The notes under the pieces were generated by a model, which saw only the letters and a program-made list of their open reading frames with translations, made no database searches and had not been told where the DNA came from. Shown here piece after piece: positions 38,673 through 52,214 of a DNA stretch of 64,000 bases. The DNA lies in NCBI RefSeq assembly GCF_009914755.1, contig NC_060930.1; one strand, written 5' to 3'. A program made the translations under genes and the position numbers. Source of the DNA: the human T2T-CHM13v2.0 reference genome, Homo sapiens. The stretch's first letter is position 1. Each line of letters opens with the position of its first letter.

Positions 38673-39554
38673 ACTAAATTCATCTGCCAGTTTGCAGAAA
38701 ATACAGAGAACAGAGAAACATGTTGAACAGCACCATGAATATGCACTCAGCAGGTCCAGATGGTAGAAACTACAGGGCACATGGCCCAGATTCCTCAACA
38801 AATAAACTGTAAAGAAAATGATAGAAGAGGATTTTGTATTATGAAGAACCCAAAATTCATTACATTTTAAAAAGGCTAGACTAAAAAATACATTAAATAT
38901 CTTCCTTCTTTTTCAATGGTCCAGCATCCAAATCCCTGTGTAATGTTTGAGGACTTTGCATCATGAGTCAGATATTCTATTTACCAATCTCCTTTGGGAA
39001 TAGGGATGGGAACATGACCTAGATGCAGCTGGTCAGATGACTCCACCAAAATCACCTAGACTTTCTACCCTGTCATCAAGTGTCAAGAGAGGTCTGCACA
39101 CTGGGAATAACCACCAGCTTCTCCAAAAATCTTAACTCTATTAACATATTAAGACAGACCCTAAAAACCCAAAATAAGCAGACATCTCTTCCAATAAGTG
39201 CACTGAGTCTGAGGCCACTCTCTCCCTGGGCCTTTGCCACCATTTTCAGGGGCCAGAAAGGACCTGCAAATTAAGCCTAAGACAAAGCTACCCCAAATTT
39301 ATTTTCCTCTAGTCCACACTCTCTGCCTTGAATCCATCCAGGAATACTCTCATTTAGCCCTTTTTCTCTGTTTATATCAATTAGCAAAAAAAGCCCCATG
39401 CTCCCAGTTAACCCCCTTATCTCTTTATTCCCCATAAGGCTTAGCACATCCCTCATTCTTACCTCCCTCCCACCCTCCCCAATCCCAGAAATCATTTCCT
39501 TGTGCCTTCTGAAATGGTCCACATGCCATATTGTATGTTTTGCAATGGGCACAA

Positions 39555-39950
39555 CAAGTTCTCTCATTCCTATGCTTCTGCAAATCTTTGCTTGAATGTC
39601 AGCCTTTTCATGATACCTTCCTGACCACACCATTTAAAAACTGCACATGTAAGCCCCTCTACACCCACCCTTCTTATCTCCTGTAATGGTTAATTTTATG
39701 TGTCAACCTGACTGTTTTTCTGAAGAACCCTAACACATTCCACTTACTCTGCTCTCCTTTTTTCTAAAACATTTATCACTTACAATCATCTTACCTAACT
39801 TACTTCTTTATGGTATCCATTGGTATGGTCTGTCTCCCAATAACTCACTCTCCCCGACCCTAACCTAGAGTATAAGTTTCAAGAGGGTGGAGGCATTTGT
39901 TTATTTCCTTCAGAGATATTTCTCGAGTACCTAGAATGGGGTCAGGCACA
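39555..39950 (+). mobile_element. L2 3' end
   Basis: tctttgcttgaatgtcagccttttc...cctagagtataagtttcaagaggg...cctagaatggggtcaggcaca. Confidence 0.7.
39682..39737 (+). mobile_element. Termini-only MLT2 (HERV-L LTR) remnant
   Basis: tgtaatggttaattttatgtgtcaacctgactg (MLT2 5' end) fused to tttttctgaagaaccctaacaca (MLT2 3' end). Confidence 0.65.
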
Positions 39951-40999
39951 GTCAGTTTCCTGGGACTGATTATGCAGCCACCTCAATGATCTTGTAAGTG
40001 AGACAAAATCCTTTTGAATAATTATATTTCTGTTTAAGTCAGCCAGTGAGGATTTCTGTTTCTTTGCTAACAACTAAGAACACCCAAGTATTGGTCTTTC
40101 GAAAATGGATGAGGAAATTTCTGAAATATTCATAGGTTCAGAAAAATATCACTAAAACTGAAAGAGAAAATAGTACAAGAGGAGGTGGTCCATCTAATTA
40201 ACAATCAACATATGATGCTGATGAGACAACTGATCAAGAAAACTCAGAGTGGAGAAAGTTACAACATGTGGATTTAAATGTCCTTTACATTTGATCCAAC
40301 ATCACCTAGGCAGCCTATTACTTTACTTCCCTTTTTAGAACTGGCCAGGAAGACACAGCAGAGAAAAGACCTCTCATAAAAGGCCATGCCTGGGAAAGCC
40401 CCAGCATGGATCCATATGGTTTGTGAGTCTTTTTCCCTGTGACATTTTTATGAAGGTTATGTATATGTCCCGTTCATCTTCATTCTCCCGGTGCTAATTG
40501 CTGTCTATTGGACCCTGCTACTGTGTACAGAGACCACATGCTTCCCCTGACACTGCCCCGGCTGTGGTGTGCCACATGGCCCTGCTGTCCTCAGATAAGA
40601 ACCTGCTGCTGTCTGACCACAACAGCTGGAAATGTTCTGCCTTGAAGAGCTTATCGTGTGGACACTCAAGTTGAGCTATGACAGTCGACAAGCACACAAA
40701 ATGAGTGGATTCTCTGGGGGCAGCGTATGGCAACTGAAAGCTTCCCATGTCCTGTTGGACATGAGCTTCATGTTTGGAGTTGATAATGAGGTTTTGCCTG
40801 GACACTTCCTGTGAAGAAAGCATTGTGTTGAAGGCAGCAAAAAGTTCAAGAGAGACATGACCGCAATTTCTCTAACAATCGGACTTTCTCTGAGCCTCTC
40901 AGTTATTTATTTCTCCTTGTTGAGGACTAGAAAGAAATGAAAGAAGATAACCCTTAACATCTTCCTTTCTCCTCTATGTCCTTAATATGATATTTGATA

Positions 41000-42020
41000 T
41001 ATACAAAAGAATATGTGTGACCTCTTTATGAGTCATAAAGTGTCCACAATCCAAGAATTACTACATCGCCAAAAATTAGCCTCCACTGGGTATTCTTTCC
41101 TAGCCCTCCCTCTCTGCCTCCCCCAACCCAGGATGACCAGGATCCAAAGTCTTATGTTTTTAATTTCCTTGCTTTCAAAAATGATTCTATCACATATGCC
41201 TATATCTTAACAAGATAGTGTTTAGTTTCTGAGTGTTCTAAAAGTGGTATCATACTATCTATAGTATTCGGGACTTGCCTTTTCATCACTTAACATTTTG
41301 TTCTAAGTTTTATGCATGCTGCTCTGTGGTCATTCACTTTCACTGTTGTGTACTAGGACTTTGTATGACTAGACCAGGTTTATTTATTTGTATCCCTGTT
41401 GGCATTTGGGTACTTTCTCACTTTTTAGAAGTCTGAACAGAGTTGCCGTATTATTCTGTTTTCACAGTGCTATAAAGACATACCAGAGAGGGTAATTTAT
41501 AAAGAAAAGAGGTTTAATTGACTCGCAGTTCTGCATGGCTGGGGAGGCCCCAGGAAACTTACAATCATGGCAGAAGGGGAAGAGGCACCTCTTACATGGC
41601 AACAGGTGAGAGAGAGAAGTGCATGAAGGAGGAAAAGCCCCACACTTATCAAACAAACAGATCTCATGAGAACTCACTCACTATCATGAGAACATCATGG
41701 GGGCAACTGCCCCCAGGATCCAATCACCTCCCACCAGGTTTCGCCCACAACTCATGGGGATTATGGGGATTACAATTCAAGATGAGATTTGGGTGGGGAC
41801 ACAGAGCCTAACCATATTAGTTGCTCTAAACATTCTTGTCTTTGGCTCCTGGTGCACTTGGGCTACTCTATGTCCACCTAAGAATGGATTTACTGGTTAT
41901 TTGCATGTTTTGCTTTACAAGATAGCACCAAATTGCTTTTCCAAAGCAATTATTCTACTTTACCAGCCATGTATGAGGTCCCAATGATCCACGTTCTCTC
42001 AATATTTGGTATATGTGATT
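41000..42020 (-). mobile_element. L1ME fragment split by a THE1 LTR
   Basis: ttgccttttcatcacttaacatt; caaattgcttttccaaag; ccagccatgtatgagg. Confidence 0.65.
41447..41819 (-). mobile_element. THE1C/D solo LTR
   Basis: gctataaagacatacc...gggtggggacacagagcctaaccatatta. Confidence 0.9.
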
Positions 42021-42169
42021 ACTCAGAAGATTTGTTTAGTGAGAGGGAAGAAATTTTCTCTAATGTGAGCGAATGAACTAGCTAATGCCACTCAGGTTGA
42101 GAAAGCTGCTACCAGCTACCAGGCTTGCACTTTGAGATGCATGACTCCTTTTTGTTTTAATATGTATTT

Positions 42170-42792
<623 letters not shown>

Positions 42793-43107
42793 CTTAAGAT
42801 GTATTATTTACACTTGTCAATGCAGCGGTTCCTTAGGTGTGGGACATGCCAGAAAGTAACACGTGAATGATTCAGTTGGAGAGAAAACACAGATATACTT
42901 ATTTTATGGACCATTCTAGAACTCCCCATCTTGGAAGAAAGAAAATTTTAGGGCTCCCTGACCCTTGCACTGATGATAGAAAAAACGTAAAGCAGGTGAT
43001 GTGTTTTCTAGATATCTTCACTGCTCTGATGCTGATGATAGCTCTGTGCTGATGTCCCTAAGCTTATTCCATCATTCAGAACACTCAGATTTGCTTTTTT
43101 CAGGAAG

Positions 43108-43109
<2 letters not shown>

Positions 43110-43151
<42 letters not shown>
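43110..43151. repeat. (TG)n microsatellite
   Basis: About 21 GT units. Confidence 0.97.
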
Positions 43152-43155
<4 letters not shown>

Positions 43156-44359
43156 TTGAGAATACAGCCTTCAGTTTTCTCCTTTTACTGGCATTAAAGT
43201 ATGTGTGTTATCCTCAGAAGCAAGGCATCAACTCAATAATGCCCTGGTCTGCTCTGTACTAGTGAGAGGCTAGCATCCTGGTCTAGGTTACATGTAGGAA
43301 TTTTGTATAGTGAAAATTTCAAGTTAGGCAGGAAAGAGGACAAGGCAGAAAGGCAACTGGAAAGGCCATAACACCAGTTAGTAAGTAGCCAGTTAGTTGA
43401 CTCACACTTGAGGCTAAATCAAATCTCATTTTGAGAAAATTTAGGCAGACTCAGATTTGCTGATTCACTTACATGCATTTAATTTAAAGTCTGAACTTTT
43501 TCTTTCAAATATCAAACATTCCTATATTTGGAAAATCCACATTTAGAGCTGCAATTTCTAGTAACCAACTGGCTGATTCATATTACACAAACACAAATTT
43601 TAATGTTTAGTGAGTTTTCTGCCTCTAAAGTTTTTCAAAAGTCCTGGAAAATACATGATATATTCAAGGTCACAATTTGCTCTTGGGATTTCTGAAAATA
43701 TCTTTGCTGATTTATGGCACAGTAGCCCTTCTCAAGCAGAAGAGATCTTGCTCATTGGGTATGCACACTTGGATAAAGATGTCCTTTTGTAAAAATGGAA
43801 ATATTTTTCTGTTGAAAAAGTAGTGTAGAAAAGAAGGAAACAATGGAATTGACAAGCTAAAGAAGATTGTGAATTGTGAAAATTAAATGCTATGGCCAAA
43901 AGATACTTCCTCTCTTGTTCCTTGTCATGAGAAGTATGTACTTGTGTAATAAATAAGCTATTTGCCATGCTTTTTATTCTTTGACTTTTAAATTCACTAA
44001 ATGTTTTCCAAATTAAGCAAAGGAAATTGGAAGATAAATTTATGACTACAGTTTCTGGGGAATAAACTTGAGGCCAGTTGGATATGACTTGAGTGAAGTA
44101 ACGGTGGTGCAATAGAGCAGTGAAATCAGAACAGTCTAACTAGCCAATAAGGATGAATCATAATGCAATATAATCCTAGGTTTGGAGGGATTTTAAAGGC
44201 CATCTAGCCCAGCAGCATGATTTATACTATAGAATATTTTAGCTCAGCAATAGAAAACCAAAATTGTGAAGTTTTTTGTTTTTTAGAACCAATCCAAATT
44301 GTTCTGGCAAAATCAGACGTGTATTCTAAGCTCAAATTCCAATATATTAGTTTTTTGAT

Positions 44360-44565
44360 CTATAATCTGTGGATGCACCACAAAGGGAATCAAGGGGCCC
44401 TTTGAAGTGGAATGCAAAATTTTGTGGGATTGTGTGCATTTACGCTTTTGTCTGATACAGTAAATATTGATCAATATCACACAAATAAACAAAAGGTCTT
44501 TGGAATCCTCAGTATTATAAAAATGTTTAAAAGAGTCCTGAGATCAAAGAGTTTGAGAACTATTG
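44360..44565. mobile_element. hAT-Charlie MITE fragments
   Basis: Terminal gagatcaaagagtttgagaactattg resembles a Charlie-type TIR end. Confidence 0.45.
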
Positions 44566-44616
44566 TTTTATACATTACTGTTATTTTTCATTTCCTCCAC
44601 AAAATAAATTCTAGTA

Positions 44617-44702
44617 CAGTCACATGCCACATAACATTTCCGTTCATGACAGACCACATATACAACAGTGGTCTCATAAGATTTTTTATACCATACTTTA
44701 AC
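44617..44702 (+). mobile_element. Tigger5/MER47-like terminal fragment
   Basis: ta-cagtcacatgccacataacatttccgttcatgacagaccacatatacaacagtggtctcataagatt. Confidence 0.7.
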
Positions 44703-45022
44703 TGGGTGGAGTTTAGCTGCACCTACTGCAATTTTCTCAGAATAATATGGAGATTGTTGATACAACTTAGTCAGAGAATTGGAATGAAATGAACATCCAG
44801 AAGGCCTGTAGTGACAGTGGTGGAAGCAGTTGTTACACAGACAGCTTGCCAGGTGACCCTAGCTGGCTCTAAATGAACATGCTTTGGAAAAGAAAAAAAA
44901 TGGAAAAGTAGAATGGCAGGAGAAAAAACATGAAACACAGGAGACACCAATCTCTCGAGGCAAGGGTATTCTCGATGTTTCTCATTGCCACTGCTTTTCA
45001 AAACAAAGCACTAAAGGAAGAC

Positions 45023-45386
45023 TGCTATGGCTAGAATGTTTGCCCCCTCCTAAACTCATGCTGGAATTTAATTCTCACTGTAGCAATATTAAGGAGGGCC
45101 TTTACGAGACGATTAGGTCATGAGAGCCCTGCCCTCATGAGTGGATTAAGACTGTGATTGTGGGAGTGGGCTCCTGATAAAAGGATAAGCTCATCCCCCA
45201 TTTGCTGTCTGTCTTGTGTGCTCACTTGCCCTTCTGCCATGTTATGATGCAGCAAGAAGGCCCTCACTAGATGTAGATCCTCGATCTTGGACTTCTCAGC
45301 CTGTAGAACCTTAAACCAAATCTCTTTCCTTTATAAATTACCTGATTTGTGGTATTCTGTGGCAGTAGCAGAAAACAGACAAAGAA
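45023..45386 (+). mobile_element. MSTC/MSTD-like solo LTR
   Basis: tgctatggctagaatgtttgcccc...gtagcagaaaacagac. Confidence 0.85.
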
Positions 45387-45699
45387 GATCCTTTATGGAT
45401 TTTTTTGTTTTGCTGGAAAATAACATTTTAGGAGACAGCTGTTTTGTAATTGACCTTATGGGGCTTAAAGTTTGAGAACCATATTTATATTAAATGCAAT
45501 TTCACATTCTGTCACAGTTTCTGTTACTGTTTTCACAAAGAGTTAACTTAAAATACTAAAAAGAAGAGAAAGGTAATTTCTCTTCTGATTTTCTACTATG
45601 GGAACAAATTGAAAATTGAATGATGTAATGTATTTACAGTAATGTATATATATGCTGTATTTACTTGTGTTCACATAATCTAAATTAACAAATGTTGTA

Positions 45700-45925
45700 G
45701 GAGAAGCATGTTTGAAGTCAGGCAGACTTATGTTTGAATAAGTGTGATCTTGGGAAAGTACTTAATATTTCTTGATATTTGCTTCTTCATCTATAAAGTG
45801 GAATGTGAAATAGCTCCCTAGCAGAATTGTGGTAAGATTTGGAACAAGAGATGTAAAGGACCCTAAGTACCACACTGGAAATAGTCTATAAACTCAGTAA
45901 GTGTTTGCATATTACTTTTATTGCC
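45700..45925 (+). mobile_element. MIR
   Basis: gtgtgatcttgggaaagtacttaa...ttcttcatctataaagtgg. Confidence 0.7.
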
Positions 45926-46189
45926 ACTATTACTAATTCATTGTTATTGCTGATGATTTAACAAAAGACTTATTTTAAAGTATGGATACAGTAGATTTGA
46001 CAATTTTTCTATGAGTGCATTCAAAAACAATATAACACTAAAGCAAGTTACAGAAAACCACCATAATGCTCTTATCAGCAGCAGCAATAAACATATGTTT
46101 AGTACACACTATCCATAGAAAACATCTAGGTCTCAAATATATAATAATTTAGAAACAAATAGCTTGTTCTTAAGAAATTTTATAAGCTG

Positions 46190-46612
46190 TATGTCGAAGG
46201 ACAATGTGTTATTTTTATCAGGGGCAACAAGCATGCTTTGCCTGTTCCCCTGTATCCCATGCTGGAGCTGGAATCAAGGAGCACTTCTTCCAGAATCCCT
46301 TGCCAGCAGGATTCTGGTTCAGAGCCTGAGAACAAGAGGCATTTACATGGAGTGTGAAAGGCTGAGGGAAGGCAGAGCCATTACTACCCCTCTAGCAAGT
46401 GGCTTTGACAGATGGTGCAGTTCTGTTGTGGTGTGAGCAATTTCCTTCAAATCACTCACTGATGGTGTGGGCAGCTGAAATCTTGACTGTGGTTTCCTGT
46501 GATTTCTGAAAGCTACTGTGGGTTTCCTCAGCAACAAATTCGGCGTATTCTGTTTATTACTGCTGGTAATACTTAAAATTGTTTCTGTATTGCTGAGCCG
46601 TCTATGAGTTAA
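46190..46612 (+). mobile_element. Ancient ERVL LTR (LTR33-like)
   Basis: ttccagaatcccttgccagcaggattctggtt; end aatacttaaaattgtttctgtattgctga. Confidence 0.55.
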
Positions 46613-47679
46613 AATGCTTAATAAAGTATCTGAATGACGTTACTTCAAGATGACTCACTAATCAGGGATGAACCAAGAAAATTAACAACGAACTCAAAAT
46701 AAGGCAACCTGGTTTTGTATACAAATCTGCAATCATATAAGCATAAGTCAAAAATGTCATTCTACACATGTGTTTTCCTATTTGTCAAATGTAGATACTT
46801 AGAAAATTCTCACTTAATTCACTGAGCTTACATGAAGATTAAAACCATAACATTGAGGAAAATGTTGTGAAGACTGGAAACTCAAAGTGTCATATTGACC
46901 TACCACATTTATAAGTTTAGAATATCTCTCTTGTTTTCCTTCAGTTTAATTATTATAATAATAGCCTATACTAACTCAATCAACCCCCTGATAAAATTAA
47001 TGTGCATCTTTAATATCACTTGAATTAATAAAACTCAATTATATGTAGCATATAGTATTCAAAATTCTGTAGACTTAAGTATATGGTATATTTGTTTATA
47101 ACAAAATTTTACCATATCCTCAAGCTTCTACTTTAAATCTCAGAATGTAAATATAAAATTCAGAAAGTCTATTCTCAGATGCTTCCCTCTTCTTCATTAT
47201 TCTATATTTATTGGAGGCATATAATTCATTTATTAATCATTTATTTATTAATGATTTTCTCAAATTTCTGTACTAGTATTTTTTTCCTTTCTATAAGGTT
47301 CATAGTAATTGCCTTCATCTTTGATGATATTTTATACATAAGTCAGACTCATTCATTATCTTCAACATCATCCTACTTTCCCTAATTCACCACCACTGTA
47401 TCTGTTCACTATATTCATTTCTAATTAGGTGAAATGTACATATTTTAACATAATATAGTTATTAATATAATATTCTGATATAACACACAGGTTTTATTTC
47501 ATCCTTGAAAGTTTCTATGAAAATCATCTTCCTAGAAATAGAAGAGCTGACAATAACAAGCCCTAAACCTAAGCTAAGAAACCTGAATCCTAGTTCTGCC
47601 TGTGTCATTAACTATGGACCTTGGGTAAGTTGCCTAACTGTTTTGTTATCCATAGGAGTTAAGTCATTAGACCATATCA

Positions 47680-48896
47680 TTTCTTTCTTTTTTCTTTTTT
47701 TTAACTTTTATTTTAGGTTCGGGGTACATGTACAGGTTGGTTATATAGGTAAACTTGTTGCACAGGGATTTGTTGTACAGAATATTTTGGCACCCAGGTA
47801 CTAAGCTTAATACTCAATAGTTATTTTTTCTGATGCTCTCCCTCCTCCCACCCTCCATCCTCAAGTGGACCCCAATGTCTATTGTTCCTCTCTTTGTGTT
47901 CATGAGTTATCATTTAGTTCCCACTTATATGTGAGATGTATTTGGTTTTCTGTTCATGTGTTAGTTTATTAATGATAATGGCCTCCAGCTCCATCCATGT
48001 TCCTGAGAAAGACATTATCTTCTTATTTATTATGACTGCATAGTATTCCATGGTGTATATGTACCACATTTTCTTCATTCAGTCTGTCATTTATGGGCAT
48101 TTAGGTTGACATCATGTCTTTGCTTTTGTGAATAGTGCTTCAATGAACATTCACATGCATGTGTCTTTATGGTAGAATGATTTATATTTCTCTGGGTATA
48201 TACCCAGTAATGGGATTGCTAGGTCATGTGATAGTTCTGCTTTTAACTCTTTGAGGATTGGCATACTGCTTTCCACAATGGTTGAACAAATTCACACTCC
48301 CACCAACAGTGTATAAGCATTGCCTTTTCTCTGCAACCTCCCCAGAATCTGTTATATTTTGATTTTTTAATAACAGTCATTCTGAATTGGTGTGAGATGG
48401 TATCTCATTGTGGTTTTGATTTACATTTCTCTAATGATACTGAGCTTTTTTCATAGGCTTGGTGGTCACATGTATGTTTTCTTTTGAAAAGTGTCTGTTC
48501 ATGTCCTTTGCCTACTTTTTAATGGGATTGTTTTTTGCTTGTAAATTTGTTTAAGTTTCTTATAGATGCTGGATAATAGACCTTTGTTGGATGCACAGTT
48601 TGCAAATATTTTCTTCCATTTTGTAGGTTGTCTGTTTACTCTATTGATAGTTTCTTTTGCTGTGAAGAAGCTTTTTACTTGAATTAGATCCCACTTGTCA
48701 ATTTTTGCTTTTGTTGCAATTGCTTTTGACATATTTGTCATGAAACCTTTGCCCGTTCTTATGTTGAGAAACATATTGCCTGTGTTATCTTCTAGGGTTT
48801 TTATAATTGGGGGTTTTACATTTAAGTATTTAATTCATCTTGAGTTGATTTTTGTATATGGTGTAAGAAAGGGGTCCAGTTTCAATCTTCTGCATA
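47680..48896 (-). mobile_element. L1PA13-16-like 3' 1.2 kb
   Basis: ORF 48499-48774 [43 protein letters not shown] is L1 ORF2p; reverse 3'UTR ggggtacatgtacaggtt. Confidence 0.93.
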
Positions 48897-49492
48897 TTAC
48901 ACCATATTATGTCTAAGTTACTTCCAGTTGTAAATTTTCTTTTTATTTACATATTTATTGCACATATACTATTGCAAATTTGTTGCAAAATATTTGTACT
49001 AAGTACTATGATAAAAATTGTTTAAAAGATTCATAGAGCCTGTTTAAAGAGTCTATATTCTGGAAGGGGAGTAAGATAATTCAAAATAGTTGAATGGAGG
49101 AAGAGAGAAGGGAAGGGACCTCTTCATTCTTGTTCCTTATTGTACATGCAATGAATTACACAAAGTCTGATACACAATAATAAATATTGAATAAATCAAT
49201 CAATATAGAGAAGGCGTAAATGTGCACTAAGTTGCACTTATATAGACTGAGTCTTATTTGATTATTAAAAGTATAATTCAAATCCTGGGTACCGGCTATT
49301 AATCTCAACTCCAACTCCATCATTTTATATTATGATTCCTAATTAATTGTTTTCTCCACTAGTGATAGTAGCCATGCCCAAGGAATGAAAAAAATCTGAG
49401 AAAGAAATATAGTCAAATGGACTATGAACTACTTAGTACGGATACCAGTTCAGCTGGTTAAATGATTTGATATCAATTTTTCAGATATTAGT

Positions 49493-49862
49493 TGTATTAG
49501 TCCATTTTCATGCTGCTAATAAAGACATACCAAAGACTGGGTAATTTATAAAGAAAAGTGGTTTAATTGACTCACAGTTCAACATAGCTGGGGAGGCCTC
49601 AGGAAACTTACAATCATAGTGGAAGGGGAAGCACGCACGTCCTTCTTCATATGGCGGCAGGGAGGGAAAGAATGAGAGCCAAGCAAAGGGGGAAGCCCCT
49701 TATAAAACCATCAAATCTTGTTATAACTTACTATCACAAGAATAGCATGGGGGAAACTGTCCCATGATTCAATTATCTCCCACTGGGCCCCACCCATGGC
49801 ACTTGGGGATTATTGCAATTCAAGGTGAGAATTAGGTGGGGACACAGAGCCAAACCATATCA
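49493..49862 (-). mobile_element. THE1C/D solo LTR, TSD TTAGT
   Basis: tgtattagtccattttcatgctgct...caaaccatatca; TTAGT at 49488-49492 and 49863-49867. Confidence 0.93.
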
Positions 49863-50164
49863 TTAGTCATAGTAATAACTCTAAAATTTGACTCACATGG
49901 CTGACTTAAATCACTACTCACAAAAAAGGTCTTACTTAATACTTGTGTAATATGAATTATTATTCAATAAAATATGTTGTTATTAATAATGATAAATTAT
50001 TTTAAAAATATAATTGCAAGAATCTTTTTTGTGTATGTGGAGGGGAGGACCCTAGGAGCACTGCAGTTGGACTTTCCCTTATTTCATCAAATAGCCATTT
50101 GGTCTTACCTTAAAGGCAGGATTAAATATTCTACCTCAGATAATACAAAAGATTTTTCCTTTTA

Positions 50165-51402
50165 TTTTTTCCTACTTTTTTTTGGTTTTATTTTATATAG
50201 TTAAAGAGTGCAACATGATGTTCTGATATACACACACATCGTGAAGTGATTATTACAACCAAGCAAATTAACATAACCACCATCTCATATAGTACCTTTC
50301 TTCTTTTTGTGGTAAAGTAGTAAAATCTATTCTCTTGGTAAATTTCCACTATACAATGCATTAACTATAGTTTCCATGTTACACGTTAAAACTCTAGACT
50401 TATCCATCCTATATAACTACAAGTTTGTCCCCTTCAACCTACATCTCCCCATTTCCCCCCTCAGCTCCCATCCCTAGTAACCACCATTTTACTCTCTGTT
50501 TCTATGTATTTGATATATATTTTTTAGATTCCACACATAAGCAAGAACATCCGGTATCTTTCTTTCTGTGCCTGGTTTATTTCACTTAGCATAATGTCCT
50601 CCAGGTCCATCCATGTTGTGGCAAATGGCAGCATCTCTAATCCTGCCATTATATTCCTGCCCATAATATTCTACTATATAATGGAATATTCTTCAGCCTT
50701 AAAAACATTATATATATATATATATGGTGTATATATATATATGGTATATGTGTGTGTATATATATATATGTACCATAACAATTGTGTGTGTATATATAGA
50801 TCACATATATATGCTTATATAATTGTATATATATAACATTGTCTTTATTCATTCATTCATTGATGGTCATTCAGATTGTTTCCATATCTTGGCTAGTATG
50901 AATAATGCTGCAATGAACATGGAGTGCAGATGTCTTCACAAGGTGGTGATTTCATCTCCCAGAAGAGAGAGTGTAGGTCATATGGTAACTCTATTTTTAG
51001 TTTCTTTAGGTACCTCCACACCATTTTCCGCAATGGCCACACCAATTTTGCATTCCCACCAGCAGTGTACTAGATTTCCCTTTACACCACATCCTAGTCA
51101 ACACTTATCTCTTGTCTTTTTGATAAAAGATATTCAAACAGGTGTGAGGTGATACCTCATTTTGGTTTTGATTTGTACTTCCTGATAATTAGTGATGTTG
51201 AACACCTTTTCATACACCTGTTGGCTATTTCCATATCTTCTTTGGAAAAATGTCTTTTCAGGTCCTTTGCACATCTTTTAATCAGCTGTTAGTTTTTGTT
51301 TTTGCTGTTGAACTGTATGAGTTTCTTATATATTTTGGATATTTACCTTTTATCAGATATATAGTTTGCAAATATTTTCTCCCAATTGATAGGCTGCCTT
51401 CT
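50165..51402 (-). mobile_element. L1MA-like 3' end with internal micro-inversion and TA/TG-rich tract (50708-50835)
   Basis: caacatgatgttctgatatac; ttcacttagcataatgtcctccaggtccatccatgttg; cattcccaccagcagtgtac. Confidence 0.88.
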
Positions 51403-52091
51403 CAAAAACTTTGTTTCAACAAGAATCTCAGAGGGAACAGATTAATGCAATAACTTTAATCTGGTTTCATCATTAATTCACCTCCTCCAAATTTCTTTAC
51501 ATTGAACACTAAATTGAATTCATTAATCTTTTCTGCTTCCAATGTGTATGTTACATTTTTAAACAATTCTTGCTATCCTGAAGCAGCAACATTAAATTCT
51601 TTTTCTCCCCCAAATTACAGTTTTAGATGACCATTTATCAGGTATATATTATAGTGCAATTTTTAGAAATTCCATTTGTTATATGCTGTTTGTGATCTTT
51701 GCACAGAACTTTCATTTGTCACAGGATTTAGCTCTCAGCAGTGTTTAGTTTTTAGGTCTTCAGAACAAGTCAATCCATATTCAGACACCTAATGACATAA
51801 CTTATGCAGTGCAAAGACTTGACTGCCCTCTATCAACCTCTCTTTAGACAAGTCCTTTGAATGTAGTAGGGTAACATATAAAAAATGTACCTCTTGGCAA
51901 ACCTCAAAGTTTCATTAAAAACATGACTTTATGGCTTAGACTTAAACACATTTGGCACAATGTCAGAAACTTCTAGAATATTCACTTATCCAACACTTGC
52001 CCAAAATAACCAATGTCCAAATGTGTCTGTGGATTTGTTTTGAAATCTGTTCAAAACTAAAATGTTAGAGACTGGTAACACTAAATTCCAT

Positions 52092-52214
52092 GAAATGAAA
52101 AAAAAAAATCCTACAACATGTATGACCAAGAATCATGGCAGTGTCTTTCATAGGAAATGAAAAAAAAAATCCTACAACATGTATGACCAAGAATCACGGC
52201 AGTGTCTTCCATAG
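52092..52214. repeat. Tandem duplication of a ~61-62 bp unit
   Basis: gaaatg(A)ntcctacaacatgtatgaccaagaatca[t/c]ggcagtgtctt[t/c]catag twice. Confidence 0.95.

Larger units (their letters stand above)
35880..38890 (+). mobile_element. L1MC-type 3'UTR fragments hosting nested MLT1, LTR and Alu insertions
   Basis: aggaaatgttcaagatgag; ccccaaaactcataaccccagtctaatcatgagaaaa; acagagaaacatgttgaacagcacc. Confidence 0.6.

Noticed and set aside
40400-40900. Overlapping ORFs in unique-looking sequence as a coding exon
   Set aside because: No recognisable protein similarity or convincing splice structure; a lncRNA exon cannot be excluded from sequence alone.
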